Positions 1 through 11,081 of a stretch of DNA of 64,000 bases are shown piece after piece. The DNA is from an uncultured delta proteobacterium (GTDB taxonomy: Bacteria; Desulfobacterota; WTBG01; CAIYCZ01), in NCBI GenBank assembly GCA_963803975.1, contig CAWDOY010000047.1, positions 160,001 through 224,000 on the forward strand, read 5' to 3'. The notes beneath the pieces were generated by a model. That model worked only from the letters and a program-made list of their open reading frames with translations, did not search any database and was not told the DNA's origin. The position numbers and the translations under genes were made by a program. Numbering within the stretch: the stretch's first letter is position 1; the number at the start of each line of letters is the position of its first letter.

Positions 1-972
1 CATTGAATAATCCAGGGGGGCGCCAAATTCGCTCATGATACCGTCCCCCATGTAGTGGTCAATGTGGCCGTTATACGTGATGAGTATTGGTTCCATATCC
101 GCAAAGTAGCGATTGATATCACGGATAACTATTTCAGGAGGATTTACCTCTGAGTAGGTGGTAAAACCAACCAAATCAGAAAAGAGGATGCTGACATTGC
201 GCTTTTCATTCCGCAGCCGGCCTTCGATAAGTAATTTCACCACCGAAGAATCCATGGTTGAGTAGAGGGCCATCTCCACTTTGGCTTTTAACGATTCTAT
301 TGCCTCTTTTGATTTTTCAAGCTCCTCGGTTCTCTGCTTGACCATCACCTCCAGATTCTCGCTGTATTCACGCAATGAATTATTAGCGCGGTCAAGCTCT
401 TCGGTGCGCTGCCTGACTTTAGATTCCAGGTTTTCGTTGTAATCCTTAAGTGCTGCATGTGCGTTATTCAGTTCTCCCTGCTGGAATTTAAGTTCCTGGT
501 TGAGCTGTCGGGTAACAGCTACCTCCATAACCAGTTTTTCTTGAAGCCCGCCCACAATAGCACCGGCAAGAATGAGAAAGCAGCCCCACGTGACAAGACG
601 GAGATAAAAATAGATTGACTTGGCTTCCGGTATAACTGAGTCCGGATAGATTATTATATAAAGAAACATAACCAGGACGGTTAAAAATGCTGCGAGCACT
701 GCGTTGCGGCGCCCAAGATAATAGCCGCCCAGGATAATAGGGAGAAAGTAAAAATCAAGAAATGCAAATTTCTGTGGTATCAGGTAATGAATAACAAAGG
801 TGGCCGCCAGAATGAGGGAGACAAAAACGATCTCGAAATATTTTCGAATATAAGCACTTAACACAACCCGGGAAATGCATGCGTGCGGCTGCTCCGCCCC
901 CTTGTTATTGCCTTCCTGGGCAATAGTATTTGCTTCATGTAAGAACATTGTCGACTTGATGTCCACTAACAT
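1..972 (-). CDS. Membrane-anchored class III adenylate/guanylate-type cyclase; 3' end runs off the window (alternative start 948)
   Basis: Not in the ORF track; translated by hand. About 4 TM helices, two coiled-coil repeats (LKDYNENLESKVRQRTEEL / LREYSENLEVMVKQRTEEL), then catalytic motifs RNVSILFSDLVGFTTYSE and GHIDHYMGDGIMSEFGAP. Confidence 0.9.
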   Translation of the reverse strand, partial: MLVDIKSTMFLHEANTIAQEGNNKGAEQPHACISRVVLSAYIRKYFEIVFVSLILAATFVIHYLIPQKFAFLDFYFLPIILGGYYLGRRNAVLAAFLTVLVMFLYIIIYPDSVIPEAKSIYFYLRLVTWGCFLILAGAIVGGLQEKLVMEVAVTRQLNQELKFQQGELNNAHAALKDYNENLESKVRQRTEELDRANNSLREYSENLEVMVKQRTEELEKSKEAIESLKAKVEMALYSTMDSSVVKLLIEGRLRNEKRNVSILFSDLVGFTTYSEVNPPEIVIRDINRYFADMEPILITYNGHIDHYMGDGIMSEFGAPLDYSM

Positions 973-1334
973 TGTATTAACACAAATATAAATGCGTTTT
1001 TGTTTTACCGCCAGCCTGTTTGCGCTAAAGGTATTTTCGGAAATCACATATAATTACTTTAAATAAAATAAATACCGTGTAATCTTTTGCCGATTCTTCG
1101 CGATGTTCTGTGGTGCAGGAGTTGCGAGTTACCTTCAGGTACTGCTTTTGTTACCCACGGTATAAGACCAGAATAGTCATGTAATACCGGCAATAAGCGC
1201 ATCCCTGTCTCATGAAAAGTAATTCCATGGTACCTGATAATTTTTATAAACTTTAATACCGGGATACCGATAGAGACAAGCGGGGAAACCTCAGAAGATA
1301 AGAGTAACAAAATTATAAAAGGCGATGAGGTTTA

Positions 1335-1661
1335 ATGCAAAATCCAATATTAAAAGGAAACAATCGATCCTGGCAGAGGTTTAATGTACTGCTGAAGACC
1401 CGGTATTTACTGGATGATTTCAGCTGGTACCGGGAGGGCGTTATTATTGACATAAGCAGACAGGGTGCATCTATAAACCTGCCGATTGATGAAAATGTAG
1501 CACTGGGTAATAGTATTATTCTGGAGATAATTACCAAACAATTGGAAAGCATTACCATGAATGGAGAAATTACCTGGATTAAGCAATTTGAAAAGGCCTT
1601 TCTTATTGGCGTCCAGTTCAAGAAGCTGCTTGATTTTCGTCTGCTGGGGAAAATATATTAA
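1335..1661 (+). CDS. Single-domain PilZ protein
   Basis: RxxxR motif (RSWQR), DISRQG motif, C-terminal GEITW...IGVQF. Confidence 0.85.
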   Translation: MQNPILKGNNRSWQRFNVLLKTRYLLDDFSWYREGVIIDISRQGASINLPIDENVALGNSIILEIITKQLESITMNGEITWIKQFEKAFLIGVQFKKLLDFRLLGKIY

Positions 1662-1827
1662 AATCCGTCTTTTTTGCTAGTACATAGCTGCCAGTTAATC
1701 TCTGCACCTTTTACCTGTCCTGTTAAAAAAATCCTTTCTATCTTAATCAAGGTTGATTAATATTACTTTGTTATCGATCAGTTGCTGTACTAACGAATCC
1801 CTCGATGAATGAAACATAGCGATTGTA

Positions 1828-2796
1828 ATGCACCATGGGTATCGCATGAAAGCTCTTGTCTTTGATGGTAATCTAAAACTGCTCCACGACCTCCCCCTTC
1901 CCGTGAGGGCTGCAGGTGAAGCGCTCATTAAAGTTTGCATGGCGGGCATCTGTCAGACTGATCTTGAAATAACCAGAGGGTATATGACATTTCATGGCAC
2001 CCTTGGCCATGAATTTGTCGGCGTTGTCGTGGCGTCAGACGACCCGTTGTTAACAGGGAAAAGGGTGGTGGGCGAGATTAACTGTGTCTGTGGCTCCTGT
2101 GCGAGCTGTATCTCGGGAAGGTATCGCCACTGTACCCGCAGAACAGTGCTGGGGATTGCCGGGAAAGACGGCGCCTTTGCTGAATATTTGGTCCTGCCTG
2201 AAAAGAACCTCCACCTGGTGCCTGACACTATCAGCAATGAAGAAGCAGTCTTTGTTGAACCGCTTGCTGCGTGCTATAGAATCCTCGAGCAAGTCACCCT
2301 GCAAAAAGAGCATACGGTGCTGGTCCTGGGCGATGGGAGACTGGGGCTCCTGTGTGCCCAGGTTTTAAAAACAGCTCAATGCCGGGTGACACTTATGGGT
2401 AAGCACCGGGAAAAGCTTTCCCTGTTAGAGGGGATGGGCATTAACTCCGGATTGATACATGAAGCGACCGGGGAACTCTTCGATATGGTGGCGGACTGCA
2501 CGGGTTCACCGGAGGGGCTTCCGTTTGCCTTACAGGTTATTAAACCTCAGGGAATTATTGTCGTCAAGACAACGATTGCCGCGCGCCGATCTATTGACCT
2601 GAACAGCATGGTTATTAATGAAATTCAGATACTGGGTTCCCGCTGCGGACCGTTTCCGCCTGCAATTCAGGCCCTGGAGAAAAGACAGATCATGGTATCC
2701 CCCCTTATCTCGCAAATCTTTGCCTTTAACGATGCCGTGGCAGGATTTCATGCAGCAACGCAAAAGGGAGCTCTCAAGATACTGCTGCACCTGTAA
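1828..2796 (+). CDS. Zinc-dependent alcohol dehydrogenase (MDR family); start may be 1846
   Basis: GICQTD, LGHEFVG, structural-Zn cysteines CxxCxxCx7C, GDGRLG nucleotide-binding motif. Confidence 0.92.
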   Translation: MHHGYRMKALVFDGNLKLLHDLPLPVRAAGEALIKVCMAGICQTDLEITRGYMTFHGTLGHEFVGVVVASDDPLLTGKRVVGEINCVCGSCASCISGRYRHCTRRTVLGIAGKDGAFAEYLVLPEKNLHLVPDTISNEEAVFVEPLAACYRILEQVTLQKEHTVLVLGDGRLGLLCAQVLKTAQCRVTLMGKHREKLSLLEGMGINSGLIHEATGELFDMVADCTGSPEGLPFALQVIKPQGIIVVKTTIAARRSIDLNSMVINEIQILGSRCGPFPPAIQALEKRQIMVSPLISQIFAFNDAVAGFHAATQKGALKILLHL

Positions 2797-2807
2797 TTTT
2801 AATTGAC

Positions 2808-3581
2808 ATGACTGCTGTTTTAGCCAATAAATACATTAACATGATACTAAACAAACATACCCGGTATATGGTTGGAGCATTAAAAACCCTCATAGCACTT
2901 TCACTGGCACTGGGTCTGCTTGCTTTATGCAACAGGCCGGCTTTCGCGGCAAAAGAACCTGAAAATCAGTCGGCTGAGGAAGTGATTGAAGGCATGGTTA
3001 AGTTTTCAGGAGGGCTCATGAGCGTACAGGCACGGGACTCGCGGCCAGAAGAGCTCATGAAGGAAGTGGGAGAAAAGTGTTCAATTAAAATCGTCCTCTA
3101 CGGAGATGTTTTCACCGATACTCCCGTGAGCATCCAGTTCCAACAGGTTCCGCTCCGTCAGGGAATAGAGCGTATACTGAGAACGGCAAGAATTAAAAAC
3201 CACCTCACCCATTTTGGTGAGACCGATGAAAACCGTGAGCGGATTGTGCAGCTTGATCTTATTGGCAAAAAAGGCGGGCAACGGGAATTGACCAGCGGAT
3301 CTTATCCGCAGCTGAAAAAACAGCTCGCTGAGCAGATTAAAGCACCTACCGAGAATACTCAGCCTAAAGTTGTGCCGCCGCAGATGGGCAAAGATGATGC
3401 AGAACGGATGCAGCAGAATTTCCTGAATATGATGGATCAGATTTTGGAACAGAAGTTTGAAAAAGGGGAAGAGCCCGATCCAACGGCGATACTGCAGCTG
3501 TTCAATGATATGGTCCCTCCTGAGATGAGGGATAAAATTCCTCCGGAAGTTCTGGAGCAGATGGAAAAGCTGAAAGAGTAA
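2808..3581 (+). CDS. Exported hypothetical protein with a secretin/TonB N-terminal (STN)-like domain
   Basis: Signal peptide ending AFA-A; segment MSVQARDSRPEELMKEVGEKCSIKIV...VSIQFQQVPLRQGIERIL resembles STN/N0 domains; helical C-terminus. Confidence 0.6.
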   Translation: MTAVLANKYINMILNKHTRYMVGALKTLIALSLALGLLALCNRPAFAAKEPENQSAEEVIEGMVKFSGGLMSVQARDSRPEELMKEVGEKCSIKIVLYGDVFTDTPVSIQFQQVPLRQGIERILRTARIKNHLTHFGETDENRERIVQLDLIGKKGGQRELTSGSYPQLKKQLAEQIKAPTENTQPKVVPPQMGKDDAERMQQNFLNMMDQILEQKFEKGEEPDPTAILQLFNDMVPPEMRDKIPPEVLEQMEKLKE

Positions 3582-3594
3582 CGTGCTCATCCGC

Positions 3595-4180
3595 CTATTT
3601 CAGGCGGGGATTCCCTCCATTAACCCACCAGTCGCCCTTATCCTTGAACCACCACGATGTTGAATCTGTCGCAAGAATGGCCCGGGCCAGAACCTGCGCC
3701 CGTTCAGTCCTGAGCCTTTTAATGGCAAATGCAAGCCACTCATCCGCATAGGTGTTGCCCAGGTCCTTGTATTCCTTCAGCATCAGTATGAGCTCAAGCT
3801 GGTCAGCATCATTGGCAATCTGCGCTTCTCTGGTCTCAGCCCGGTTAAATTCCTCAATGATGCTCTGTATGTCATCACCAAACGGAATGGTTTCCGCCAG
3901 GTCGCGGACGGCCTTCTTTTCATCAGCAATGACATACTTTTTGTTTACATAGTTAAGGTCCCCGGTACGCGCCTCAGGAAGGTCATGGAGAAAGCACATC
4001 TTCAACACCTTCATTTCATCCACATCCTGTTCCATGCGGGCAAGCGCATAGCCGATATAAATCGACGCGGAAGACATGTTCTGCAACCGACTCTTCTCCT
4101 GACCCTAAAAATTGCAGCCCCGTTCGCGGCGTTCTTTTCAGCATCCCCACTTCAAAAAGGAAGTTGGCAATATTCTCCAT
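3595..4180 (-). CDS. HD-domain hydrolase (YfbR/HDDC2-like); indels near 4080-4120
   Basis: N-terminus MENIANFLFEVGMLKRTPRTG; ESVAEH in another frame; LHDLPEARTGD; DADQLE. Confidence 0.85.
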
Positions 4181-4198
4181 TTGGTTCTCCGTTATATC

Positions 4199-4327
4199 TC
4201 ACCGCAGAGAACGCAGAGATCGTCAGGAGGTATGAAACAAATTAAATCAGGGTAACCAATTCTATCAAATTAAACAATAATTAATCCCTAACTCCTGCGC
4301 TCATTAACTGCGTACTCGCTGCGGTGA
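4199..4327. repeat. Intergenic imperfect inverted repeat built of 9-mer units
   Basis: TCACCGCAGAGAACGCAG at 4199 pairs with CTGCGTACTCGCTGCGGTGA ending 4327. Confidence 0.55.
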
Positions 4328-4334
4328 ACAGTTT

Positions 4335-5425
4335 TCAGCTCATGAGATATGCTTCGATGAAGCCGTCAAGTTCGCCGCCCAGCACCGCGTCAACGTTGCC
4401 CATCTCCTTGCCGGTGCGGTGGTCCTTCACCATCTGATAGGGCTGAAGGATATAGGAGCGGATCTGGCTGCCCCAGGCTATCTGTTTCTTTGATGCATTG
4501 ATCTTATCCAGTTCCTTCTCGCGCTCCTCCATTTCCTTCTCATACAGGCGCGCCTTCAGCAGCTTCATGGCCGTGGCGCGGTTCATGTGCTGGGAGCGCT
4601 CGTTCTGGCACTGCACCACGATGCCGCTGGGAAGGTGCGTAATGCGCACCGCGGAATCGGTCTTGTTGACATGCTGCCCACCGGCGCCGCTGGCGCGATA
4701 GGTGTCAACCCGCAGGTCCTTGTCGTCAATTTCTATGACCACATCGTCTTCGATGTCGGGATAGACGAACAGCGAGGCAAACGAGGTGTGCCGCCGCGCG
4801 TTGGCATCAAAGGGGGAGATGCGCACCAGCCGGTGTATGCCGATTTCCGCCTTTAAATAGCCGTAGGCATAATCGCCGTTCACGATGAAGGTTGCGCTTT
4901 TTATGCCGGCTTCTTCGCCCTGCAGGATATCAACCAGCTCGGTCTTGAAGCCTCTTTTCTCCGCCCAGCGCAGATACATGCGGAGCATCATCTCCGCCCA
5001 GTCCTGGGCCTCGGTGCCGCCGGCCCCGGCATGAATGCTGACGATGGCGTTATTAAGATCATTCTCACCGCTCAGCATCTTCTTGAACTCAAGCTCCGCC
5101 ACCTCCTGCTCAATCCGGCCGGTGCTCTGCTCAAGATCCGCGGCCACGTCCTCTTCAGCCCCCTCTCGGGCCAGTTCCAGAAGCACGTGGCTGTCTTCTA
5201 CCTCCTGCTCCAGCTTGTTCCACAGGGCGAGAACGTTTTCGATGGTTTTCCGTTCCTTGGATATTTTTTGCGCGTTCTTTGTGTCTGACCAGAAATCAGA
5301 CTCGTCCGATCTCCTTATCGAGCTCCTGAATGCGCGTCTTTTTCTGAGTTATTTCAAAGATACCCCCGCAGCGTTTCCATTCTCTGCTCCAGGGAACTGA
5401 TTTTTTCTTCCCACTGATTTAGCAT
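4335..5425 (-). CDS. prfB: Peptide chain release factor 2 with programmed +1 frameshift, plus one probable assembly indel near 5300
   Basis: SPF and GGQ motifs; 23-codon first frame MLNQWEEKISSLEQRMETLRGYL ends at CTT TGA. Confidence 0.97.
5353..5368 (-). promoter_or_regulatory. prfB programmed frameshift signal (internal SD plus slippery CTT TGA)
   Basis: Minus strand reads CGGGGG TAT CTT TGA A; the +1 frame continues EITQKKTRIQEL. Confidence 0.9.
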
Positions 5426-5452
5426 GGCTGTTCTCCCGTATAATGAAAATGT

Positions 5453-6987
5453 TTAAAATTGTTTTTGCCGGCCCCGTGCCGTGATGAACGTTATGCCCAG
5501 TACCGCAAGGCTCAGGAGCGTGCACAGAAGCGCAAAAATATCCCCGAAGCGCGAATAAAAGGTCAGTTCTTTTTCCAGTAAAATAATACCAGCTAAAGAT
5601 GCCGGAGTAAAGAGTTTGCTTTGCTGCACGATTCTTCCGCTGGCATCAATAATAGCGCTGATGCCGGTGTTGGCGGCGCGGGCGACAAAGCGGCGGTTCT
5701 CAACCGCGCGCAGCACCACCATGGACAGGTGCTGATAGGGCGCAGCAGTGCGGCCGAACCAGGCGTCATTGGTTATGTTGACCAGAAAGGCTGCTCCATT
5801 CCTTTACAAACCGGCGCACCAGGTCCGGAAATATTATTTCATAGCAGATAAGCGTTCCAAAGCTGCCCCCGGGGAAGCTCAGGTTTTTAACTTCGCGGCC
5901 GGAAGTAAAATCCCCGATACCGACCACCATCTTGTCAATGAACGGGAACAGCTGCTTGAGCGGGACGTATTCACCATAGGGCACCAGATGAATTTTATCA
6001 TAGCGCCCGTTAATGGTTCCCTCCGGAGAAACCAGAAACGCGCTGTTAAAATAGTGCGTTTCATTACCGTCATTCTCCCACGCCGGGCTTCCCAGCAGCA
6101 GATATGCACCCAGCCCTGCGCGCAACCGCGGCCACCATTTCCTGATACAGCTTTTCGGACTGAAAAAAGAACGGGGTTGCTGCTTCCGGCCAGATAACAA
6201 GCGCAGGCTTCTCCGGGGCAGCGGCCAGGGTCAGACTGCTGTAGATGGTCATGGTCTCATCAAGAAATGCAGGGTTCCACTTTACGTCCTGCGCAATGTT
6301 CCCCTGTACCAGCGCAACCGTCAGCTTTTCACCCTCCTGCCGGTCATAGCGCTCCAGCCGCGCCCGGCCATACAGCAATGAAGCTGCCAGCAGCAAAACC
6401 GTAATGGCAATCAGCTTATACGGAACGGTTTTTTTCAGCGCGAAGGTTTCCAGAAGAACAAAAATGACCCCGTTTACCAGAACCAGTAAGAAGCTGATGC
6501 CATAGACGCCGGTTATATCCGCAATCTGTATCACCGGAAGCGCCAGGAACTGGGAGTAGCCGAGGTTCTCCCAGGGAAAACCGGTAAGAAACCACGATTT
6601 TATGTATTCGCCTGCAGTCCAGAAAAACGGCAGCGTCGCAATGACAGCGATTCCCTGCCTGCGTTCCACATAGCAGCTGCACCACACCGGAGCCCCGATA
6701 AAAAGGCTCAGGTAGGCGGCAAATAAAATGAGCACCAGAATTGAGAGCGCAGCGTTCATTTTACCATAGGTGGTCATGGAGACCGTCACCCAGTAGACCA
6801 GGCCCAGGTTAAACACCAGTCCGGTAACCGCGCCAAGAATACAGCCCTGCGAGGCATCCTTGCCCCTGACCGCCCAGAGCAGCGGCACAAGGCTCACCCA
6901 GGCCAGGGCAAACAGGTTCCATTGGGGAAAGCTGAGGATCAGCAGCAGGCCTGAAATGGAAGCTAATAAATAGTCTTTTACCTTCAT
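5453..6987 (-). CDS. lnt: Apolipoprotein N-acyltransferase, split over three frames
   Basis: [36 protein letters not shown] and RAANTGIS motifs. Confidence 0.95.
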
Positions 6988-7111
6988 TACTCTTGAAAAA
7001 TACTTGCCATTATGACTTCATCTGTATTAGAGTGTAGACCCTGTCGAATAGAATCGAGCGCTGACCTGCACACCATTTCATGTATATGATTAAATTCTTA
7101 CAGGAGTTTTT

Positions 7112-8786
7112 ATGACCAGCCAGCCCTGGCTTTCATCATATGACCGGGAAGTGCCTGCATCGATTGAGTATCCGGACCTGCTCATCCATCAGCTCTTTGA
7201 AAAAGCAGCGGGCCGGTTCCCTGACCATACGGCACTCAATTTTTTTGGCCATGTAATAAGCTACCGCGAGCTGCAGGAAACAATCCTGCGCTTTGCCGGA
7301 GTGCTGCAGAGCCTTGGTGTTAAGCCGCGGGACCGGGTGGTCCTTTTTCTGCCCAATACTCCCCACATGGTAATTTCATTTTATGCAGCGCTTTCTATTG
7401 GTGCCATGGTAGTGCCCACCAACCCGCTCTATACTGAAAAAGAGCTCGCGTTTCAGATAACTGATGCCGGGGCAGAAACACTTATCACACTGGACCTTCT
7501 CTATGCAAGAGTAAACAGCATAAAAACCCGCACTCCCCTGAAGAGAATCATCGTGGGGAAAATCGAGGATTACCTGCCGCCGCTGAAAAAAATTCTCTTT
7601 CCTATTATAGGCAAAAAGGGCGTTGATGTTCCGGCCATAGAGGAATCCGAAGAACTGTTCCTGTTCCAGCATCTGCTGCGCAAAAAAACTGCCCCGCTGG
7701 TTGCGCCGGACACAAAACCGGGAGATACCGCGCTGCTGCAGTATACCGGCGGTACCACCGGCACCTCTAAAGGCGCCATGCTCAGCCACCGGAACATTGT
7801 AGTAAACAATGCGCAAATGCGCCACTGGTATTTTGTGGCGAGAGAGGGCCAGGAGACGTTTATCTCCGTGCTGCCCTTTTTCCATTCTTACGGCATGGCG
7901 GCGGCGCTGAGCCTGCCGCTTTCACTCGGCGCAACCCTCATCCTGATACCACGCTATGTCCCGAAAGATGTCTTAAAAGCAGTAGAGCATTGCTAAGGCA
8001 ACATTTCTCCCGGGCATCCCGGCAATTTATGCCTCCCTCAATGCCTATAAGGATATAAAAAAGTACGATGTCTCGAGCGTCGCGTACTGCATTTCCGGAT
8101 CAGCCCCGCTTCCTGACACCGTGCTCAATGACTTCGAGCGTTTAACCGGCGGCATTATCATTGAAGGATACGGGCTCACGGAAGCATCTCCGGTAACCCA
8201 TTGCAATGCCATCGGCAAAAGAAAAATCGGCAGCATCGGCTTGCCGGTGCCGGACACTGACTGTAAAATCGTCGATATTGAAACGGGGACGGAGGTTCCC
8301 CCCGGTGAAGAAGGCGAGCTGTGTATCAGGGGGCCGCAGGTCATGCAGGGCTACTGGCAGAAGCCGGAAGAAACGGCCCAGGTTATTCGGGACGGATGGC
8401 TCTACACCGGGGACATCGCGCGCATGGATGAAGAGGGGTTTTTCTACATCGTGGAGCGGAAAAAGGACATGATCATATCAGAGGGGTATAATGTCTACCC
8501 GCGTGAGATTGACGAGTTTCTGATGACCCATCCCAGTGTGCGCGACGCTGCCGTCATCGGCGTGCCTGATGAGCTGCGGGGCGAAAAAGTTATAGCCTAT
8601 GTTATCCTGAAGGAGGGCTGCAGCGCCACCCAGGAGGAGATTATAAAATACTGCCGGGATAATCTTGCCAAATATAAAATCCCGAAAAAAATTATTTTTA
8701 AGGACGAACTCCCCAAAACCATGGTCGGCAAGGTGCTGCGCAGGGTGCTGCGGGAGGAGGAATGCAAGACGGCAGATGCCGTTTGA
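7112..8786 (+). CDS. Long-chain fatty acid-CoA ligase (FadD-like); indel near 7990
   Basis: [32 protein letters not shown]. Confidence 0.93.
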
Positions 8787-8896
8787 TTTCCGGATTAAAC
8801 ACCTCGCCGGGAGCATTGCAACAGAAGTAACCGCATACAATTTTATTTTCTAACGCTGAAAGCTGAACGCATCTGGCTTTCAGCCGGAGCACTGCC

Positions 8897-10196
8897 ATGA
8901 TAGATCGCTACGCACGCGACATAATGAAAAAAATATGGTCTCCCGAGAACCGCTTTCAAAAGTGGCTTGCGATTGAGATTGCTGCCTGCGAAGCGCTCTG
9001 CACACTGGGCCTGGTGCCGGAACCGGCGCTGAAAAATATTAAAGAGAAGGCGCGCTTTGACATCAAGAGGATTGATGAGATTGAGCAGGTTACCCGGCAC
9101 GATGTTATCGCCTTTACCACCTGCGTGGCGGAATATGTGGGTGAAGATGCCCGCTATATACACTGGGGCCTGACCTCGTCTGATGTTCTTGATACCTCTT
9201 TCTCCCTGCTGCTGAAAGAATCCGCTGAAGTAATTCTTAAGGATATTGACGATTTTCTTGCCGTGCTCAAAGACAAGGCCCTGCAGTATAAAGACACCGC
9301 CATGATCGGCCGCACCCACGGTATACACGCCGAGCCGATCACCTTCGGCCTCAAACTGGCGGTCTGGTATGACGAGATGAAGCGGCACCGGAAGCGCATG
9401 GAGCGAGCCAGGGAAAATATCAGCTATGGCAAAATCTCGGGCGCGGTGGGCACCTTTGCCTACAATCCTCCGTTTGTGGAACAGCATGTCTGTGAAAAAT
9501 GCGGCCTCAAGCCCGCCCCGATCTCGACGCAGATACTCCAGCGCGACCTGCACGCCGAGTACTTCACCACCCTGGCCCTTATCGGCAGCTCGCTCGATAA
9601 GTTTGCCACTGAGATACGGCATCTGCAGCGCACCGAGGTCTCGGAAGCGTCGGAATTCTTTTCCGCCGGTCAGAAGGGTTCCTCTGCCATGCCCCACAAG
9701 CAGAACCCCATCCTGTCAGAAAATATCTCGGGCCTGGCCCGTATTCTGCGCGGCAACGCGCTTGCTGCCATGGAAAATGTAGCGCTGTGGCACGAGCGTG
9801 ACATCAGCCACTCTTCTGTTGAGCGGGTCATCGGTCCCGACAGCACCACCCTGCTCGACTTCATGCTGGTCAGGTTCACCGGTCTCATTAAAAATCTGCT
9901 CGTGTACCCGGAAAAGATGATGGCAAACATGAACATCACCCGGGGGATATTTTTTTCACAGAAATTGCTGCTTGAGCTTACCCAGCGCGGAATGACCCGT
10001 GAAGACGCGTACCGGCTGGTGCAGAAAAACGCGCTGCAGGCATGGAGTGAGCAGAAGGATTTTATGGAGTTAGTCCAGGGCGACCCTGAAATTACCCGGG
10101 TTCTTGCCAAAGAAGAAATCGCCGCATGCCTGTGATATCCGCTTCTTTTTCCGGCACGTCGATGAAATATTTAAACGGGTCTTTGCCGAAGGATGA
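8897..10196 (+). CDS. purB: Adenylosuccinate lyase; indel near the 3' end
   Basis: MIDRY, TRHDV, GRTHG, GSSAMPHKQNP signature. Confidence 0.97.
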
Positions 10197-10768
10197 TGAC
10201 GCGGGCGGTATTTCTTGACCGGGACGGCACCATTAATGTTGACGTTGGCTATCTGAACCACCCTGACCAGATGGAGCTGATTCCCCGGGCTGGTGATGCG
10301 ATCAGGCTGCTCAATGAGGCTGGCTTTAAAGCAGTAGTGGTCACGAACCAGGCAGGAATTGCCAGGGGGCTTCTTCAGGAAGAATTATTGCCCGCAATCC
10401 ACCAGCGTCTTTCAGCGCTGCTTGATCAAGAGAAGGCGCGGATTGACGGCTATTACTATTGCCCGCACCATCCCGAGGCGGCCATAGAACAGTACCGGAT
10501 TGCCTGCCAGTGCCGCAAACCTTTTCCCGGCCTGATACGTACGGCTGCTGCTGACCTGGGAATTGATGTGGCGCGCTCCTGGGTCATCGGCGATAAATCA
10601 TGCGACATAGAACTTGCCCACAACGTTGGGGCCGGGGCAGTTATGGTCATGACCGGATATGGCAAAACTGAATTGGCGCTTCATGAAGAGTCGCAGCGTC
10701 AGCCTCCGCATCACATTGCAGCAGATCTGTATGCTGCGGCGCAATGGATTCTCAGGGAGAGCCGGTAA
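10193..10768 (+). CDS. gmhB: D-glycero-D-manno-heptose 1,7-bisphosphate phosphatase
   Basis: FLDRDGTIN, TNQAGIARG, CPHHP...CQCRKP, IGDK. Confidence 0.9.
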   Translation: MMTRAVFLDRDGTINVDVGYLNHPDQMELIPRAGDAIRLLNEAGFKAVVVTNQAGIARGLLQEELLPAIHQRLSALLDQEKARIDGYYYCPHHPEAAIEQYRIACQCRKPFPGLIRTAAADLGIDVARSWVIGDKSCDIELAHNVGAGAVMVMTGYGKTELALHEESQRQPPHHIAADLYAAAQWILRESR

Positions 10769-10831
10769 GCAGCGGAGGATGCAGATAAACGCAGATGTAA
10801 GGGATGCATAATGATAAGCAAAGGAGAGCGT

Positions 10832-11002
10832 ATGGCCCTAAGCAAAGACTTACTTGATATTCTTGCCTGTCCCCAGTGCAAAGGAGATATTCGGTTAAAT
10901 GAAAAACAGGATGGTCTTATCTGTGATACGTGCAAACTGCTCTATCACATTAAAGACGACATCCCTATCATGCTGATTGATGAGGCAACGAAGCTGGAAT
11001 AA
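10832..11002 (+). CDS. Trm112/YcaR family protein
   Basis: LLDILACPQCKG...YHIKDDIPIMLIDEA; SD AAGGAG upstream. Confidence 0.9.
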   Translation: MALSKDLLDILACPQCKGDIRLNEKQDGLICDTCKLLYHIKDDIPIMLIDEATKLE

Positions 11003-11010
11003 TGGTAGCC

Positions 11011-11075
11011 ATCAGCGCACAGCTATCAGCATTCAGCTAGTTTTTTAGCTGACAACTGATAGCTGACGGCTGACT
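11011..11075. repeat. Inverted heptamer-repeat hairpin between convergent genes
   Basis: cagctat/cagcatt/cagctag units mirrored by gctgaca/actgata/gctgacg/gctgact. Confidence 0.6.
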
Positions 11076-11081
11076 GCTTCA

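Noticed and set aside
1059..1310. 83-aa minus-strand ORF between the cyclase and PilZ genes
   Set aside because: No motifs and it sits in a divergent promoter region; probably spurious.
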